This document shows positions 27,131 to 37,308 of a stretch of DNA of 64,000 nucleotides, piece after piece. The DNA comes from Candidatus Nanohaloarchaea archaeon (GTDB lineage: Archaea > Nanohalarchaeota > Nanosalinia > Nanosalinales > Nanosalinaceae): assembly GCA_047617745.1 (NCBI GenBank), contig JBLGBN010000001.1, positions 1 through 64,000 of the forward strand, written 5' to 3'. The translations under genes were made by a program, and so were the position numbers. Every line of letters begins with the position of its first letter. Positions within the stretch are counted from its first letter, which is position 1. Under the pieces are notes generated by a model. That model saw only the letters and a program-made list of their open reading frames with translations, was not told the DNA's origin and made no database searches.

Positions 27131-29768
27131 TGCTACCCACCGGCAATTGGAAGCTGTTACTTGCTGAAACGTCATTAGCATTTACCTGATTGGTATTATC
27201 AAGATTATTACCTCCCATATCTATATCTTGGTTGGCTCTGCTACCTTTATCTAGCACCTCTCCAAGAGTTTGATCATCTGTTCCTGTTGCATCATTTCCA
27301 TCGCATAGGCCTCCCCCGCCAGTGATGGCGGAACAGTCGAAGTTGCCTTCGTTAACCCCCAATGTGGGTTCATCTTCGCTATCATATGATATACTGACAC
27401 CATTACCAGATTTCACATTCTTGTTGTTCCACATTAAGCCAGCCCCTGTTGATCCATCCGGCGAGTTTGAAGCAGAACCATAGTAGACGTACATTCCTGA
27501 GGACTGATCGTAGAAGATGTCTCCGTTACCAGTATAGTCTCCTTCTTCATTGTTGCTGAACGCTACATGGCTCAGGGTTGATCCTTCAACTGCGGTTACA
27601 GCCTCTGAACCACTGTACCGTGAGTGGTGATCATTCGAGGAAACGCCGGATAGATCGGAGTGCACTATACCTGTTGATCCGCCGAGTGATACGGAGTTAC
27701 CGGCGACTGTAACAGCATCATTGGCCAGCTCGGCGTTTTCCACATTCCCATCTGCTATGTCTCCTCCTGATTTTAGATCGCCTGCATTGCTGAAGTCGGT
27801 TATAACCCCGTTTGAGTTAAGGTCGTCAGCTGCCGAGAAATCGTTAATATTTCCTGAGTTATCTAGATCGTTGGCAGCCAGCGCAATATTGTTGCTTCCA
27901 TCCCAGCGGATACCGGACCCGACTCCATGATGATCGGCGTAGGAGACGCCGGCAATGTTGTCGTGATTTATGTTACTTTCCTGAACGTTGAAGTTATTGC
28001 TTCCGTCTTCAGATAGTAGTGTTCCGGCCGAGGGGCGGACGTGGTGGTCTGAGGAGGATACTCCGTTAATGTTGTCGTGGCTGATAGTGGTTGTAGATAT
28101 AGTTCCGTCAGATCCAATACCTGTTACTCTCTGACCTGGTCCTAGGTTGCCGTTCTCGAAGAAGTTGTCGCTGGAACCGTCGTAAATGTTTGAGGCCAAA
28201 TAGAGGTTGTTCCACCTGCTGGATCCACCTCCGAGGTTCTGGTCTGCATCCCGATCAGGCACTATGCTTCCGTCTAGCTCCTGAGCATTGATAGTGTTAA
28301 CGTCTCCCGGGAAGTTAAGGCTTCCATCAAAGTACAGGTTTCCGGTTGAGTCCACGGTCAGTCCCGACTGAGTGCCGTCACCTACACTACCTCCTGCTAC
28401 ATCTAAAGATTCAAGATCGATGTTGACCGAGTTATCGATTTCCGAGTTGCCGACTGCATTCTCCGCTATTTCGCTTCCGGAGACAGAGTCGGATACCACG
28501 TTTCCGTCCGAGTCAAGGTCATTGGCGTCATCCCAGTTAACTCCCCATGTACGGCCTGTGGTTCCGTCGTACGATGAACCAGACAGAGTTGAGTCTGTGC
28601 TGAGGCCGGACAGTCCTACATCGCCCGGAGAAACATCGCTCTGCGCCATCGCCGTATCACCCCAGTTAATATTGGAAAGCTGTGTTCCGTCCAAGGTATC
28701 TGCATCGAGCCCGCTCCCACTCCCATCATTTAAATTAAGTGTGATGCTGTCGCCGAGGGCAACCGAGCCCCCACCGGTTAACTGGTTACCGGAGCTGACT
28801 GTGACCGCGTCACTAACAAGCTCGGAGCTTCCGACAGCTCCTGAAGCAATTTCATTTGAGCCAACTGCTCTGTCCGCAATATTATTGTTATTTACTATGC
28901 CGGCTCCAAACAGATTTCCGATATTGGATATGTTGAAGTCATTCATATTGAGATCGGAATCGGCAGATCCCAGGTCAGAAACACTGACATCCGACTGCTG
29001 GATACCAAGATCAGCCCATGACATAGAACCCCCATCCACGTTTAAGGTGGCTGAACCGCCGAGCGCAACTTTTCCTCCACCGGTCAAATGATCGCCTGAA
29101 GCGTAGGTTACAGAGTCAGAGCTTAGATCGGAGTTCTGCACTGTGCCGTCAGCTATTTCATTTGAAGTTACCGCTGACGAACCCAGTTCATCAGTCCCTA
29201 CTGCTCCCGTCGGAATAACGTACTGGTTTCCTGAGACAGCTATGGCGTTGCCCGGGTTCGAGATGTTTACGCCGTCGACCTCGCCTGGATTTAGCACATT
29301 ATATCCGTTCAGGTTGAGGTCACCTTCCATTATATCACCGGTAATGTTAACGTAGCTTCCTGATACCTCGCCGGAGACGCTTACGCATTTGCTTGCCCCG
29401 CTGTCGTTGATGCTGGCAAGCGCCTTTCCTGCGGAGCAGCCGGAGTCGAAATAGTTCAGGAGGCTGTTATCATTCATGTTAATATCTGAGTTTTCTACAT
29501 CCCATTCGTCATTCTGGTAGTCAAGAACCAATCTCTGAGCATCACCTTCATGAGTTATACTGTAATCCTCTAATACTAGACCTGTGAAACCCTCTCCATT
29601 TGCTAGTTTAAGTTCTGATAAATTAGTTATCTTGTAGCCCTCCATATCTAGATCAGTATCTACAGGCGTAATCTCTGAAAGAGGATGGCTTTGAGGCGGT
29701 TGAGGTGCAACAACAGTCAAGGAAAGAGCTACCGCACTTAAAAACAGCAGAAGTAATTTAGATTTCAC
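27120..29768 (-). CDS. secreted phage tail-fibre-like repetitive protein
   Basis: signal peptide; AVG..E(I/L)A repeats, GSGLDADTLDG, three H..(I/L).GVS..DHH motifs, LTGGG.VALG repeats, QTLGEVL..G. Confidence 0.8.
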   Translation of the reverse strand: MKSKLLLLFLSAVALSLTVVAPQPPQSHPLSEITPVDTDLDMEGYKITNLSELKLANGEGFTGLVLEDYSITHEGDAQRLVLDYQNDEWDVENSDINMNDNSLLNYFDSGCSAGKALASINDSGASKCVSVSGEVSGSYVNITGDIMEGDLNLNGYNVLNPGEVDGVNISNPGNAIAVSGNQYVIPTGAVGTDELGSSAVTSNEIADGTVQNSDLSSDSVTYASGDHLTGGGKVALGGSATLNVDGGSMSWADLGIQQSDVSVSDLGSADSDLNMNDFNISNIGNLFGAGIVNNNNIADRAVGSNEIASGAVGSSELVSDAVTVSSGNQLTGGGSVALGDSITLNLNDGSGSGLDADTLDGTQLSNINWGDTAMAQSDVSPGDVGLSGLSTDSTLSGSSYDGTTGRTWGVNWDDANDLDSDGNVVSDSVSGSEIAENAVGNSEIDNSVNIDLESLDVAGGSVGDGTQSGLTVDSTGNLYFDGSLNFPGDVNTINAQELDGSIVPDRDADQNLGGGSSRWNNLYLASNIYDGSSDNFFENGNLGPGQRVTGIGSDGTISTTTISHDNINGVSSSDHHVRPSAGTLLSEDGSNNFNVQESNINHDNIAGVSYADHHGVGSGIRWDGSNNIALAANDLDNSGNINDFSAADDLNSNGVITDFSNAGDLKSGGDIADGNVENAELANDAVTVAGNSVSLGGSTGIVHSDLSGVSSNDHHSRYSGSEAVTAVEGSTLSHVAFSNNEEGDYTGNGDIFYDQSSGMYVYYGSASNSPDGSTGAGLMWNNKNVKSGNGVSISYDSEDEPTLGVNEGNFDCSAITGGGGLCDGNDATGTDDQTLGEVLDKGSRANQDIDMGGNNLDNTNQVNANDVSASNSFQLPVGSNAY

Positions 29769-29848
29769 ATCGTAAAATTAGTCGTTTTAAATTAAATAAT
29801 TACTCAAAAACTAGGCTCTTTTTATTGTACAAAAACGAATTTGAAGCC

Positions 29849-30775
29849 ATGAAAACCGGAGCCTGGCCAGCGATATTCATCTGCTTTGTGATCGGTTTTT
29901 CGGGTATATCCTCAGCACAGAGCGCTGATTTCAGCATTCAGGAGGATACCTGCGGCGACAGGCAGGAATCTCTCTTCTCGCTCTACGACAGAGAAGGAGG
30001 CAATATTGCAGCTCCAGGCCATTTCAAGTGGCAGGTATGCGGATCAGGTGTTGAAGAAGTGGAAATAAAGGAAAGCTGCGGCACCGGCATGAACAGTATT
30101 CTTTCAATGTATCAGCAAAACGATTCCCATGCCTCAACTTACACCAACTACCGGCTTCAGGTATGCACAAGCTTCTCCGCTTCTATAAACAATTCCTGTC
30201 AGCCAGAAAACAGGATAGTATCTCTAGCGAAGAGAGATGATTCTCACGTAGCTGAGCCCGGTGAATTCAACTATCAGCTATGCGCGTCTCCGGAGAGGGT
30301 AGACACTGTTACATTGGAGATGAGCTTGCCTGGAGACAATCAGATCTACTCCGGCGGACAGCAGGTGAATAGCGGCTACTTTACTGAGGATGCGGATTAT
30401 CCCTATCTAGTAACGGATGGCCCTGCAGGAATCGTAAGCTATGGCTCCTGGAACTCTCTAAACTATACTCGTAAAAATTCTCGTGATGTTCTGAGAGTGG
30501 AGCAGAGTGAAGGAAGGTTTATCCTCCCTAATACAGGAGACGGCTATAACACAGTTGAGGACAGAGAAGAAATAATATCTGATAGAAACCTGTTGCAGCA
30601 GGTAAGTCCAAGCTTCCTCTTTCCACAGCCGGAAAGCCCAACTGTCAGGGTAATACTCGATCCAGAGACTGAATTAGCCGGATTTGATCAGGAGTTAACC
30701 GGAAGTATAGAATTCTATGCAAGACACAAAGTCGATAACGATCCTAAAGCAGTAGTAGATATAGGGCCGAATTAA
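29849..30775 (+). CDS. secreted protein with three Cys-bracketed repeats
   Basis: signal peptide; C...(L/I).S(L/M)....(N/S)H.A....Y..(V/L)C x3. Confidence 0.75.
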   Translation: MKTGAWPAIFICFVIGFSGISSAQSADFSIQEDTCGDRQESLFSLYDREGGNIAAPGHFKWQVCGSGVEEVEIKESCGTGMNSILSMYQQNDSHASTYTNYRLQVCTSFSASINNSCQPENRIVSLAKRDDSHVAEPGEFNYQLCASPERVDTVTLEMSLPGDNQIYSGGQQVNSGYFTEDADYPYLVTDGPAGIVSYGSWNSLNYTRKNSRDVLRVEQSEGRFILPNTGDGYNTVEDREEIISDRNLLQQVSPSFLFPQPESPTVRVILDPETELAGFDQELTGSIEFYARHKVDNDPKAVVDIGPN

Positions 30776-30808
30776 ACAGTAATAAAACTGGATTCCTGTA
30801 AAAGTTAT

Positions 30809-31012
30809 ATGGAGTCAGAGAACTTCTGGATAATAGAGGTCTACAGCGACGATACTGCCAATATATCTATTATGTCTAAAGAGGAGGCAGAGGCGGTTAA
30901 GGATATGAACGACGACTTTGAGGACTGGCAGATGGCGCCGTGTAGTGAGGCCTCAGAAGACGACATGATTGAAAGAGCTGAAGAACACGGCCTAGAACAT
31001 GATCCATGGTAA
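30809..31012 (+). CDS. small acidic hypothetical protein
   Basis: ORF with acidic composition typical of this genome. Confidence 0.65.
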   Translation: MESENFWIIEVYSDDTANISIMSKEEAEAVKDMNDDFEDWQMAPCSEASEDDMIERAEEHGLEHDPW

Positions 31013-31032
31013 TTTTCAGTGTGAATTAGAAG

Positions 31033-31106
31033 TGGCCGAGCCCGGATTTGAACCGGGAACCTATGCATCTTCAGTGCATCGCTCTCCCAGATTGAGCTAC
31101 TCGGCC
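31033..31106 (-). tRNA. tRNA-Phe(GAA), no intron
   Basis: GGCCGAGTAGCTCAATCTGGGAGAGCGATGCACTGAAGATGCATAGGTTCCCGGTTCAAATCCGGGCTCGGCCA. Confidence 0.95.
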
Positions 31107-31195
31107 AATTACAGACTTGTTTTCGAAGGTGAGTTTTAAGAATAAAACCTCCAAAATTCAGTTCCTACATAAACTTTAACCACCACAACTCCTAT

Positions 31196-32212
31196 ATGAC
31201 AGAAGAAAAACAGTCAGAAGACACCCGCGAGCATGTTATTCCAGGTACAGAAGAGTCTCACAAGGGAGAAGAAGTTAAAGGATACGATTTCCGAGGAGAA
31301 TTCGATCTCGAGGAGATGCTGGAAAGCTACGGCACAACCGGTTTTCAGGCCTCCCACCTAGAAGAAGCGATCGAACTGGTAAAGGAGATGCGGGAGGAAA
31401 ACGCCAAGATATTCCTGACCTTCACCTCGAATATAATCTCTTCCGGTTTGCGTGAAGCCGTTGCGTACCTCGCACGGGAGGACTTTGTAGATGTTATAAT
31501 CACCAGCTCTGGTTCTCATACTGAGGATGTTATCAAGACCGCGAAACCGTTCAAAATGGGGGAGTGGGACGCAGACGAGGAGGAACTTAGAGAGAAAGGT
31601 ATCAACCGGCTGGGAAATATCTATGTTGAGTCGGACAACTATGTATGGCTGGAATCCTGGCTAAACAGCAACTTTTTCCCGGAGTTCTTCGAAGAGAAGA
31701 AGCTGAGAGAGCCGACAGAAGTCGCAAGGGAACTTGGCAGAAAAGTTGGCGAAGATGACGGACTAGATGAGAGCGACTCTTTCCTGTACCATTCATACGA
31801 AAACGATATACCTGTTTTCTGCCCGGCGCTGATCGATGCAGAGATAGGCGACTACATGTTCTACTACAGGCAGGAAGTAGACTCAGAAATTGGGATCGAA
31901 ATACTGGACGACTGGGATAAACTAATCCACGAGGCTATAGAAGCCGAAAAGACCGGGATCATCGCAGTAGGCGACGGTGTACCAAAGCACCAGGCCATTA
32001 TGTCCAACCTTTTCCGAGGCGGAACCGACTACGCAGTGTATATTTCAACGGGTATGGAAGGAGATGGAAGCCTATCAGGCGCGCCGCCGAAAGAAGCGGT
32101 TTCCTGGGGTAAAATTAAGGAGAAAACAAGGAATTACACACAGATAGAGGCAGAGGCAACGCTTGTATTCCCTCTACTCGTAGCTGAGTCTTTCAAAAAC
32201 TATGAAGTTTAG
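31196..32212 (+). CDS. dys: deoxyhypusine synthase
   Basis: TGFQAS, FTSNIISSGLR, GINRLGNI, GVPKH, DGSLSGAPPKEAVSWGKI. Confidence 0.95.
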   Translation: MTEEKQSEDTREHVIPGTEESHKGEEVKGYDFRGEFDLEEMLESYGTTGFQASHLEEAIELVKEMREENAKIFLTFTSNIISSGLREAVAYLAREDFVDVIITSSGSHTEDVIKTAKPFKMGEWDADEEELREKGINRLGNIYVESDNYVWLESWLNSNFFPEFFEEKKLREPTEVARELGRKVGEDDGLDESDSFLYHSYENDIPVFCPALIDAEIGDYMFYYRQEVDSEIGIEILDDWDKLIHEAIEAEKTGIIAVGDGVPKHQAIMSNLFRGGTDYAVYISTGMEGDGSLSGAPPKEAVSWGKIKEKTRNYTQIEAEATLVFPLLVAESFKNYEV

Positions 32213-32574
32213 AGCTTGTCTTTAAGCTTCTCGAAGATTCCTGCGAGAGGTTTTGCAACTTCCTCTGATTCGATTTCTGAAAGGTTAACCCATTCAGCTT
32301 CCTCAGGTTCTCCTTCAATCTCAACCCTGTAAGGCTGCCATGTGTGTTCCTCACCCTTCATCTCGAAGGTGGTTTTGAGCTTGCTCATGTATCTGTCCGC
32401 AACGGATTTACAACCTGTATGCTCCTCTGCAAGCCGTTCCGCCGTATCAGCAGAGAGTTCTCCTCGCTCGCCTTTACCGTTGGGAACGTTCCATTTTTCG
32501 GTTTCCTCATCGTAGACCATCAGAAGGTTTTTATCTCGAACAATTAGGCTTCCAGAAATCTGGGTTGCTACCAT
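32209..32574 (-). CDS. NUDIX-like hydrolase
   Basis: W.VPNGKGERGE....TAERLAEEHTG, a degenerate Nudix box. Confidence 0.7.
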   Translation of the reverse strand: MVATQISGSLIVRDKNLLMVYDEETEKWNVPNGKGERGELSADTAERLAEEHTGCKSVADRYMSKLKTTFEMKGEEHTWQPYRVEIEGEPEEAEWVNLSEIESEEVAKPLAGIFEKLKDKL

Positions 32575-32655
32575 ACACAAGTTTGCATCTGTTTGTTTAA
32601 AACGATAATATATTCAAAGGTCAGTCAGGAACACTGAATATAGGGTGAACAAAAA

Positions 32656-33471
32656 ATGGAATATCTAGAGCTTCAGGATGAGAAAATACCTGCACTTGGG
32701 TTCGGTACATGGCAGTTAAAAGAAGAGGATTGTGTTAAAGGTGTTAAAACTGCGCTGGAGAAAGGTTACAGACATATCGATACCGCCCAGGCGTACGGCA
32801 ACGAGGAACAGGTAGGTCAGGGATTAAAGGAATCAGATGTTGAAAGAGAGGATATCTGGCTAACGACTAAGCTGTGGCGGGACAACCTTAACCGGGAAGA
32901 CCTGAAAGAGTCAGTCCATAAAAGTCTGGAAAAACTCGGCATAGAATACGTTGACCTACTTCTGATTCACTGGCCGTTCAAAGAGATGGATCTAAAAGCT
33001 GTACTGGAGGAGATGAATGATCTTGTGGAAGAAGGTAAAGTCAGGAATATAGGCGTCAGCAACTTCACACCGGAGCAGATGGAAAAAGCCCGGGAATACT
33101 CTGATGTTCCTCTACTGACTAACCAGGTTGAGTACCATCCCTTCTTGAGCCAAGATGAAGTTCTGGAGAAATGCAGGGATAAAGACATGATGCTCACAGC
33201 TTACTCTCCGCTGGCTAGAGGGGACGTGATAGGAAATAAAAAACTCCGGAGAATCGGCGAAAAATATGGAAAGTCTGAAGTCCAAGTCTCTTTACGGTGG
33301 CTGATCCAGCAGGAGAACGTTGCAGCGATACCCAAGGCCACATCAGAAGAACACATCTCCCAGAATCTGGATATCTTCGATTTCAAACTAACTGAGAAGG
33401 AGATGGAAACAATCTCAGGGCTTGCGAGAAATGACAGGAAAGTCGATCCGGATTTCGGCCCCTGGGACTAG
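32656..33471 (+). CDS. aldo/keto reductase
   Basis: LGFGTW, HIDTAQAYGNE, DLLLIHWP, IGVSNF, AYSPL, IPKA. Confidence 0.95.
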   Translation: MEYLELQDEKIPALGFGTWQLKEEDCVKGVKTALEKGYRHIDTAQAYGNEEQVGQGLKESDVEREDIWLTTKLWRDNLNREDLKESVHKSLEKLGIEYVDLLLIHWPFKEMDLKAVLEEMNDLVEEGKVRNIGVSNFTPEQMEKAREYSDVPLLTNQVEYHPFLSQDEVLEKCRDKDMMLTAYSPLARGDVIGNKKLRRIGEKYGKSEVQVSLRWLIQQENVAAIPKATSEEHISQNLDIFDFKLTEKEMETISGLARNDRKVDPDFGPWD

Positions 33472-33659
33472 GAAAAGCTGGAAATGAAGTAAGAGATTAA
33501 CAGTATACCAAAAGTTGTCAGAACCACTCCTAAACCTAAAATATAACGGAATCTCTTACGCCCTCTGTAGTAATAACCAGAAAACAGCAGTAGAATCCCT
33601 AAAATTATCATCAAGTATGCTGTAGATAAAACAGGTATAGACTCCAGCACCATGTGCAT
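33468..33659 (-). CDS. small two-TM membrane protein
   Basis: two hydrophobic segments around a basic loop. Confidence 0.55.
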   Translation of the reverse strand: MHMVLESIPVLSTAYLMIILGILLLFSGYYYRGRKRFRYILGLGVVLTTFGILLISYFISSFS

Positions 33660-33692
33660 TTTTGTGGTTTCGTTGCTGAAATAATTTTTTCC

Positions 33693-34316
33693 TCAGCTCA
33701 CGTTTCTATTATCGAGCTGTTTGAAAAGTTTCTCCGAAAGCTCGGACAGATAGGCCTGTCCGAGAAACGCTGCTATAACGGCGCCTGCTAGATTAAAGCT
33801 CATATCCTTCATAGTATCTGAGAGACCGTGTTGCGCTAGAGGCATAGATATTTCTGTAGCGGTAGCGACCAGATCCAGTCCGAACTCGAAAAGCTCCCAA
33901 ACTACTCCAAAAGCAACCACCGTCATCAATATGAATACAAACATGAACCGATCAGGCAGGCGGATATCCGGCTTGTGGAGGTCAATAGATCTTATAACCG
34001 TATAACCGGTTCCAGCTACGAGCGATGCGGAAAGCGAGTGAGTGAAGTGATCCCACCACGAAACAGCTCCGTAAAGTCCAAAGCTTCCAAGAGCGTGGAA
34101 GAAAACCGCGGATGTTATCCAGAGAGATAGGAAGGGCGAAATCGAAAAACTGTAATCTCTTTCAAATATGGCCGGGAGAAAGCTAACCCCCAGCCCTAAC
34201 GCGCTGTTAATCACGATCTTTGAAGATCTGGTATATAATCCTGCTGCCAGCATCCCGAGAAGCATTATCTGCATCAAACGTGTTGTCCGATTTTTCCATT
34301 TCTCTGGAAACCTCAT
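33693..34316 (-). CDS. multi-pass membrane protein (WWDHFTH / WELFEF / DTMKD motifs)
   Basis: conserved-looking H/E/D motifs within TM helices. Confidence 0.8.
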   Translation of the reverse strand: MRFPEKWKNRTTRLMQIMLLGMLAAGLYTRSSKIVINSALGLGVSFLPAIFERDYSFSISPFLSLWITSAVFFHALGSFGLYGAVSWWDHFTHSLSASLVAGTGYTVIRSIDLHKPDIRLPDRFMFVFILMTVVAFGVVWELFEFGLDLVATATEISMPLAQHGLSDTMKDMSFNLAGAVIAAFLGQAYLSELSEKLFKQLDNRNVS

Positions 34317-34903
34317 CTGGAAACCACCTTCAGAATATTCCTTCTGAGTATTTTATCCCGTCTCTGGAAGTAAAAGTCGAAAAGCAGGCCAGCAAACAGT
34401 CCGGCGACCATTACCTCTCCCCATTCAAACATTAAAGCCTCGTTTGTGGTTAGGAACGAAGTCCCGAGGAACACATCAAGATAGAATCTAGCCAGAGACC
34501 ATACACCTTCTATAGCCAGTGTAGATACCACTACAAACAGTACTGCAAAACCGTGACTGAACTTGACGGATGTGAAAACATGGAGTTCAACAGCAATAAT
34601 AAGTGCTAGCGCTGCCAGCGAAACAAAAGTCGCAATCCTTCCAGACAGAACAGAAAGGTTCAAAGCCCGGACAATAACCGGTACCGCCGTTACCAGAAGA
34701 AGTTCCCATGGCAGAACCGCATATCTACTCCTGTAAGCGATGGGCGGTAAAACAATAACACCGAGCAAAAAACCTGTGAAAACCATCCACAGAAGATCAA
34801 AACCAGATGCACTCTCAACAAATACAGCAGCGATGACCCCTGTGATAAACCAGGCTATGACCATGTTCAGCCAGGTATCCCGGAAAAAATCATCGAACTC
34901 CAT
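34313..34903 (-). CDS. multi-pass membrane protein coupled to 33693-34316
   Basis: hydrophobic ORF, ATGA overlap, LPWELL motif. Confidence 0.8.
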   Translation of the reverse strand: MEFDDFFRDTWLNMVIAWFITGVIAAVFVESASGFDLLWMVFTGFLLGVIVLPPIAYRSRYAVLPWELLLVTAVPVIVRALNLSVLSGRIATFVSLAALALIIAVELHVFTSVKFSHGFAVLFVVVSTLAIEGVWSLARFYLDVFLGTSFLTTNEALMFEWGEVMVAGLFAGLLFDFYFQRRDKILRRNILKVVSR

Positions 34904-34990
34904 AAACCGTATTTATGAGTCCGGCTATTTTATCGGTTCGGTAAATCAAAACGTTCAAACTATTAAAACTCCGGAATAAAGCCCTTTGAG

Positions 34991-35344
34991 ATGGAAGACG
35001 TAGACATAGTTAAAGAGGTCATTGAAGGCTATACCGAACTCAAGGAAATAGATAACGGAGATTTATACATCGATATGCAGCTAGGCTTCGACCACGAAGA
35101 AGAAAATTATGTGATCGAGTACGGCCTAAAGGATCTCTCGATCCCGGATGAAGAGGGGATAGTGCCAGAACTCAAATACGACAGTCTGGAGGCTGCGTGG
35201 AACGAATACCTGGAACAGTTCCCGGAAATACACCAGTCATTTCCCGAGGCGAGAAAACTGTTAATGCATCCAAGGGAATACAATTCAGCGCCTCTAGGAG
35301 GAAACCCTGCAGAGAGGATACTCGACTCAAGAAATAATACTTAG
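34991..35344 (+). CDS. hypothetical acidic protein
   Basis: ORF; TATTAAAA upstream. Confidence 0.7.
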   Translation: MEDVDIVKEVIEGYTELKEIDNGDLYIDMQLGFDHEEENYVIEYGLKDLSIPDEEGIVPELKYDSLEAAWNEYLEQFPEIHQSFPEARKLLMHPREYNSAPLGGNPAERILDSRNNT

Positions 35345-35349
35345 TAAAA

Positions 35350-35476
35350 CGCCCAGACCAGGATTCGAACCTGGGACCACCACGTCGCTGTCTACTCGGC
35401 CGAGTTGACGGCTTTGAGCAACTCCAAAGGAGTTGCGGTTAACAGCGTGGCGCTCTACCTACTGAGCTACCTGGGC
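35350..35476 (-). tRNA. tRNA-Asn(GUU) with a 54-nt intron (35386-35439)
   Basis: GCCCAGGTAGCTCAGTAGGTAGAGCGCCACGCTGTTA|intron|ACGTGGTGGTCCCAGGTTCGAATCCTGGTCTGGGCG; CTGT/ACAG helix. Confidence 0.93.
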
Positions 35477-35579
35477 TCGGTATGTGAAGGAGTTCAATAA
35501 AGAATTTTATAAACTGTTTGAGTCTGGAACCTGTGTATTAATCAAAAACTATTTAAGTGTTACTCTAGAGTAACAACAT

Positions 35580-36161
35580 ATGAGTGTTTCCGAATACCTT
35601 GAAAGAGTTGATGGCGGCGAAGACATAACCATTTCACAGATGCTGACAGAAGGCGCTGAAGAAGAAATAATTGAGATAATAGACGAAGGGGACATAAACG
35701 GCGCAAATATAGAGCTTTCAAAGTCCTACGCAAACGAAAAAATGTACGACAGAAATGTTCTAGACTATCTTGACTCAGCTGCAGAAATAGCTGCGACAGG
35801 ATTAGCTTCACTACCTGGATTAGAAAATCTTTACGACGACGGATTTGAGAGGGCAGACGGAAAGATGGAGGAAATAGACAACAAGTACAGCGGAGGAAGT
35901 AAGAGAAAAATACTCAAGAAGAAAGCAGGAAACGCAGAACTAAAAATGAAGGCAAGTGAAGGACTTCTAGCCGGCGGAGCGGGAGGATTCCTGGCAGGAA
36001 ACCAGATAGGCTCCCAGAAACTTATGGCGCTGTCAGCAGCGTCAGGAGGATTAGGCGCATATGGAACTGCGAAAATGAAAGGAGAAAAAGATAGAAGTAT
36101 TGAGGAGGCTGCCCGAGGCCTCGAACAGGCCTACGGCGGATACCAACTCGACATCAACTAG
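35580..36161 (+). CDS. hypothetical protein with Gly/Ala-rich hydrophobic hairpin
   Basis: GLLAGGAGGFLAG..ALSAASGGLGAYG; TATTTAAG promoter. Confidence 0.75.
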   Translation: MSVSEYLERVDGGEDITISQMLTEGAEEEIIEIIDEGDINGANIELSKSYANEKMYDRNVLDYLDSAAEIAATGLASLPGLENLYDDGFERADGKMEEIDNKYSGGSKRKILKKKAGNAELKMKASEGLLAGGAGGFLAGNQIGSQKLMALSAASGGLGAYGTAKMKGEKDRSIEEAARGLEQAYGGYQLDIN

Positions 36162-36165
36162 AACT

Positions 36166-37296
36166 CTAGTCCAGTACTTCCTCGTTTTCTATTTTCTCGG
36201 GCAGGTACTCATTTGCCACAAACTCGAGTGAGTTGGCTGCGAGGGCCTGCTGCTCAACTCTGACTCCTTTGTCAAGCATCTTCTGGAACTGTTTCTGCCA
36301 TTCCTCTTTCTGCATCCAGTCGTACTCCATAACATCGTGGATCCTTTTGTAGTCCTTAGTTGGACCCCCAGAGTCCTCAGGCTTACCTTTGAGGTCTTCT
36401 GTAACGTGTTCGAGGCCGTATTCCTCGATATCCTCCATGGTCATACCGATGAGTTTGGCTTCCGGTGTCGCAAGACGATCCGACTGGAACGCAAGCGACA
36501 TTGATCCAGACTTCAGGACTGAGTAGATGTAGTATCCCCATGGGTCGCCGTCAGTGAAGACGTAGACCGGTAGGTCGAGGCGGTTGTGCATGATGTTGAT
36601 CAGCCTCCTTGCTCCTCTGGCTGGCTGGCCTCCTGTACCTATCAGAATAGCGTTGTGCTCTTCGTGGAAATCTTCTTCCACTAGTCGGTTGACCATAGCG
36701 CTGGTCTCAACTACCATGATGAGGTCAGCATCATGTTCTTCAAACTCGTAATGGTCGACAATAGATGGGATGGCGAGGCCGGAAGTACCCATAGACATAC
36801 AGTCAATGCTATCACCCGAGTCGTTGATTGTTATAGGGCCGAAAAGTCTTCCTTTCGGTTCTGCGAACAGATGTAGATCCTCTCTGATCGCGCCTGTAGA
36901 TGTCTCGATATCAACAACTACGTTGTTAGATTCATCCTGATCCTCAAACGTGTTCTCATCCAGACCTGGAACTGAGTGCTTGAGCTGGTAGTAAACCTCT
37001 CTGATTGAGGCTGTTCTTCCCTGCTCTACAAGCTCTTTTGCCTTGTTTGCAACCAGTGTAGTCTGCATGAATTTCCGTGCATGTGAGATGTTGAGGAACT
37101 TCCTCGTGGAGTATGAGTCTCCGAGGGAAAGTCTTCCCTCCTCTTCATCATAATGCACATTTGACTTGGAACGTACCTTTGTGTCAATTGTAAGGTTTTC
37201 CTCATTCTCATCGTTCAACTGGTTGACCAGTTTCTTTCCTAGATGTGTCAGTTTGTCTAACGTCTTCTCGTCATTTGCTAAATCTTTCTTTGGCAT
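36166..37296 (-). CDS. top6A: DNA topoisomerase VI subunit A
   Basis: IREVYY, FEDQDES, TGGQP, FTDGDPWG, VEQQAL. Confidence 0.96.
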   Translation of the reverse strand: MPKKDLANDEKTLDKLTHLGKKLVNQLNDENEENLTIDTKVRSKSNVHYDEEEGRLSLGDSYSTRKFLNISHARKFMQTTLVANKAKELVEQGRTASIREVYYQLKHSVPGLDENTFEDQDESNNVVVDIETSTGAIREDLHLFAEPKGRLFGPITINDSGDSIDCMSMGTSGLAIPSIVDHYEFEEHDADLIMVVETSAMVNRLVEEDFHEEHNAILIGTGGQPARGARRLINIMHNRLDLPVYVFTDGDPWGYYIYSVLKSGSMSLAFQSDRLATPEAKLIGMTMEDIEEYGLEHVTEDLKGKPEDSGGPTKDYKRIHDVMEYDWMQKEEWQKQFQKMLDKGVRVEQQALAANSLEFVANEYLPEKIENEEVLD

Positions 37297-37308
37297 TCTA
37301 AATCACCT

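Noticed and set aside
622..29768. Provirus interpretation of the phage-fibre-like genes
   Set aside because: No integrase, terminase, portal, capsid or att repeats seen; the proteins have Sec signals or TM anchors and sit among core genes
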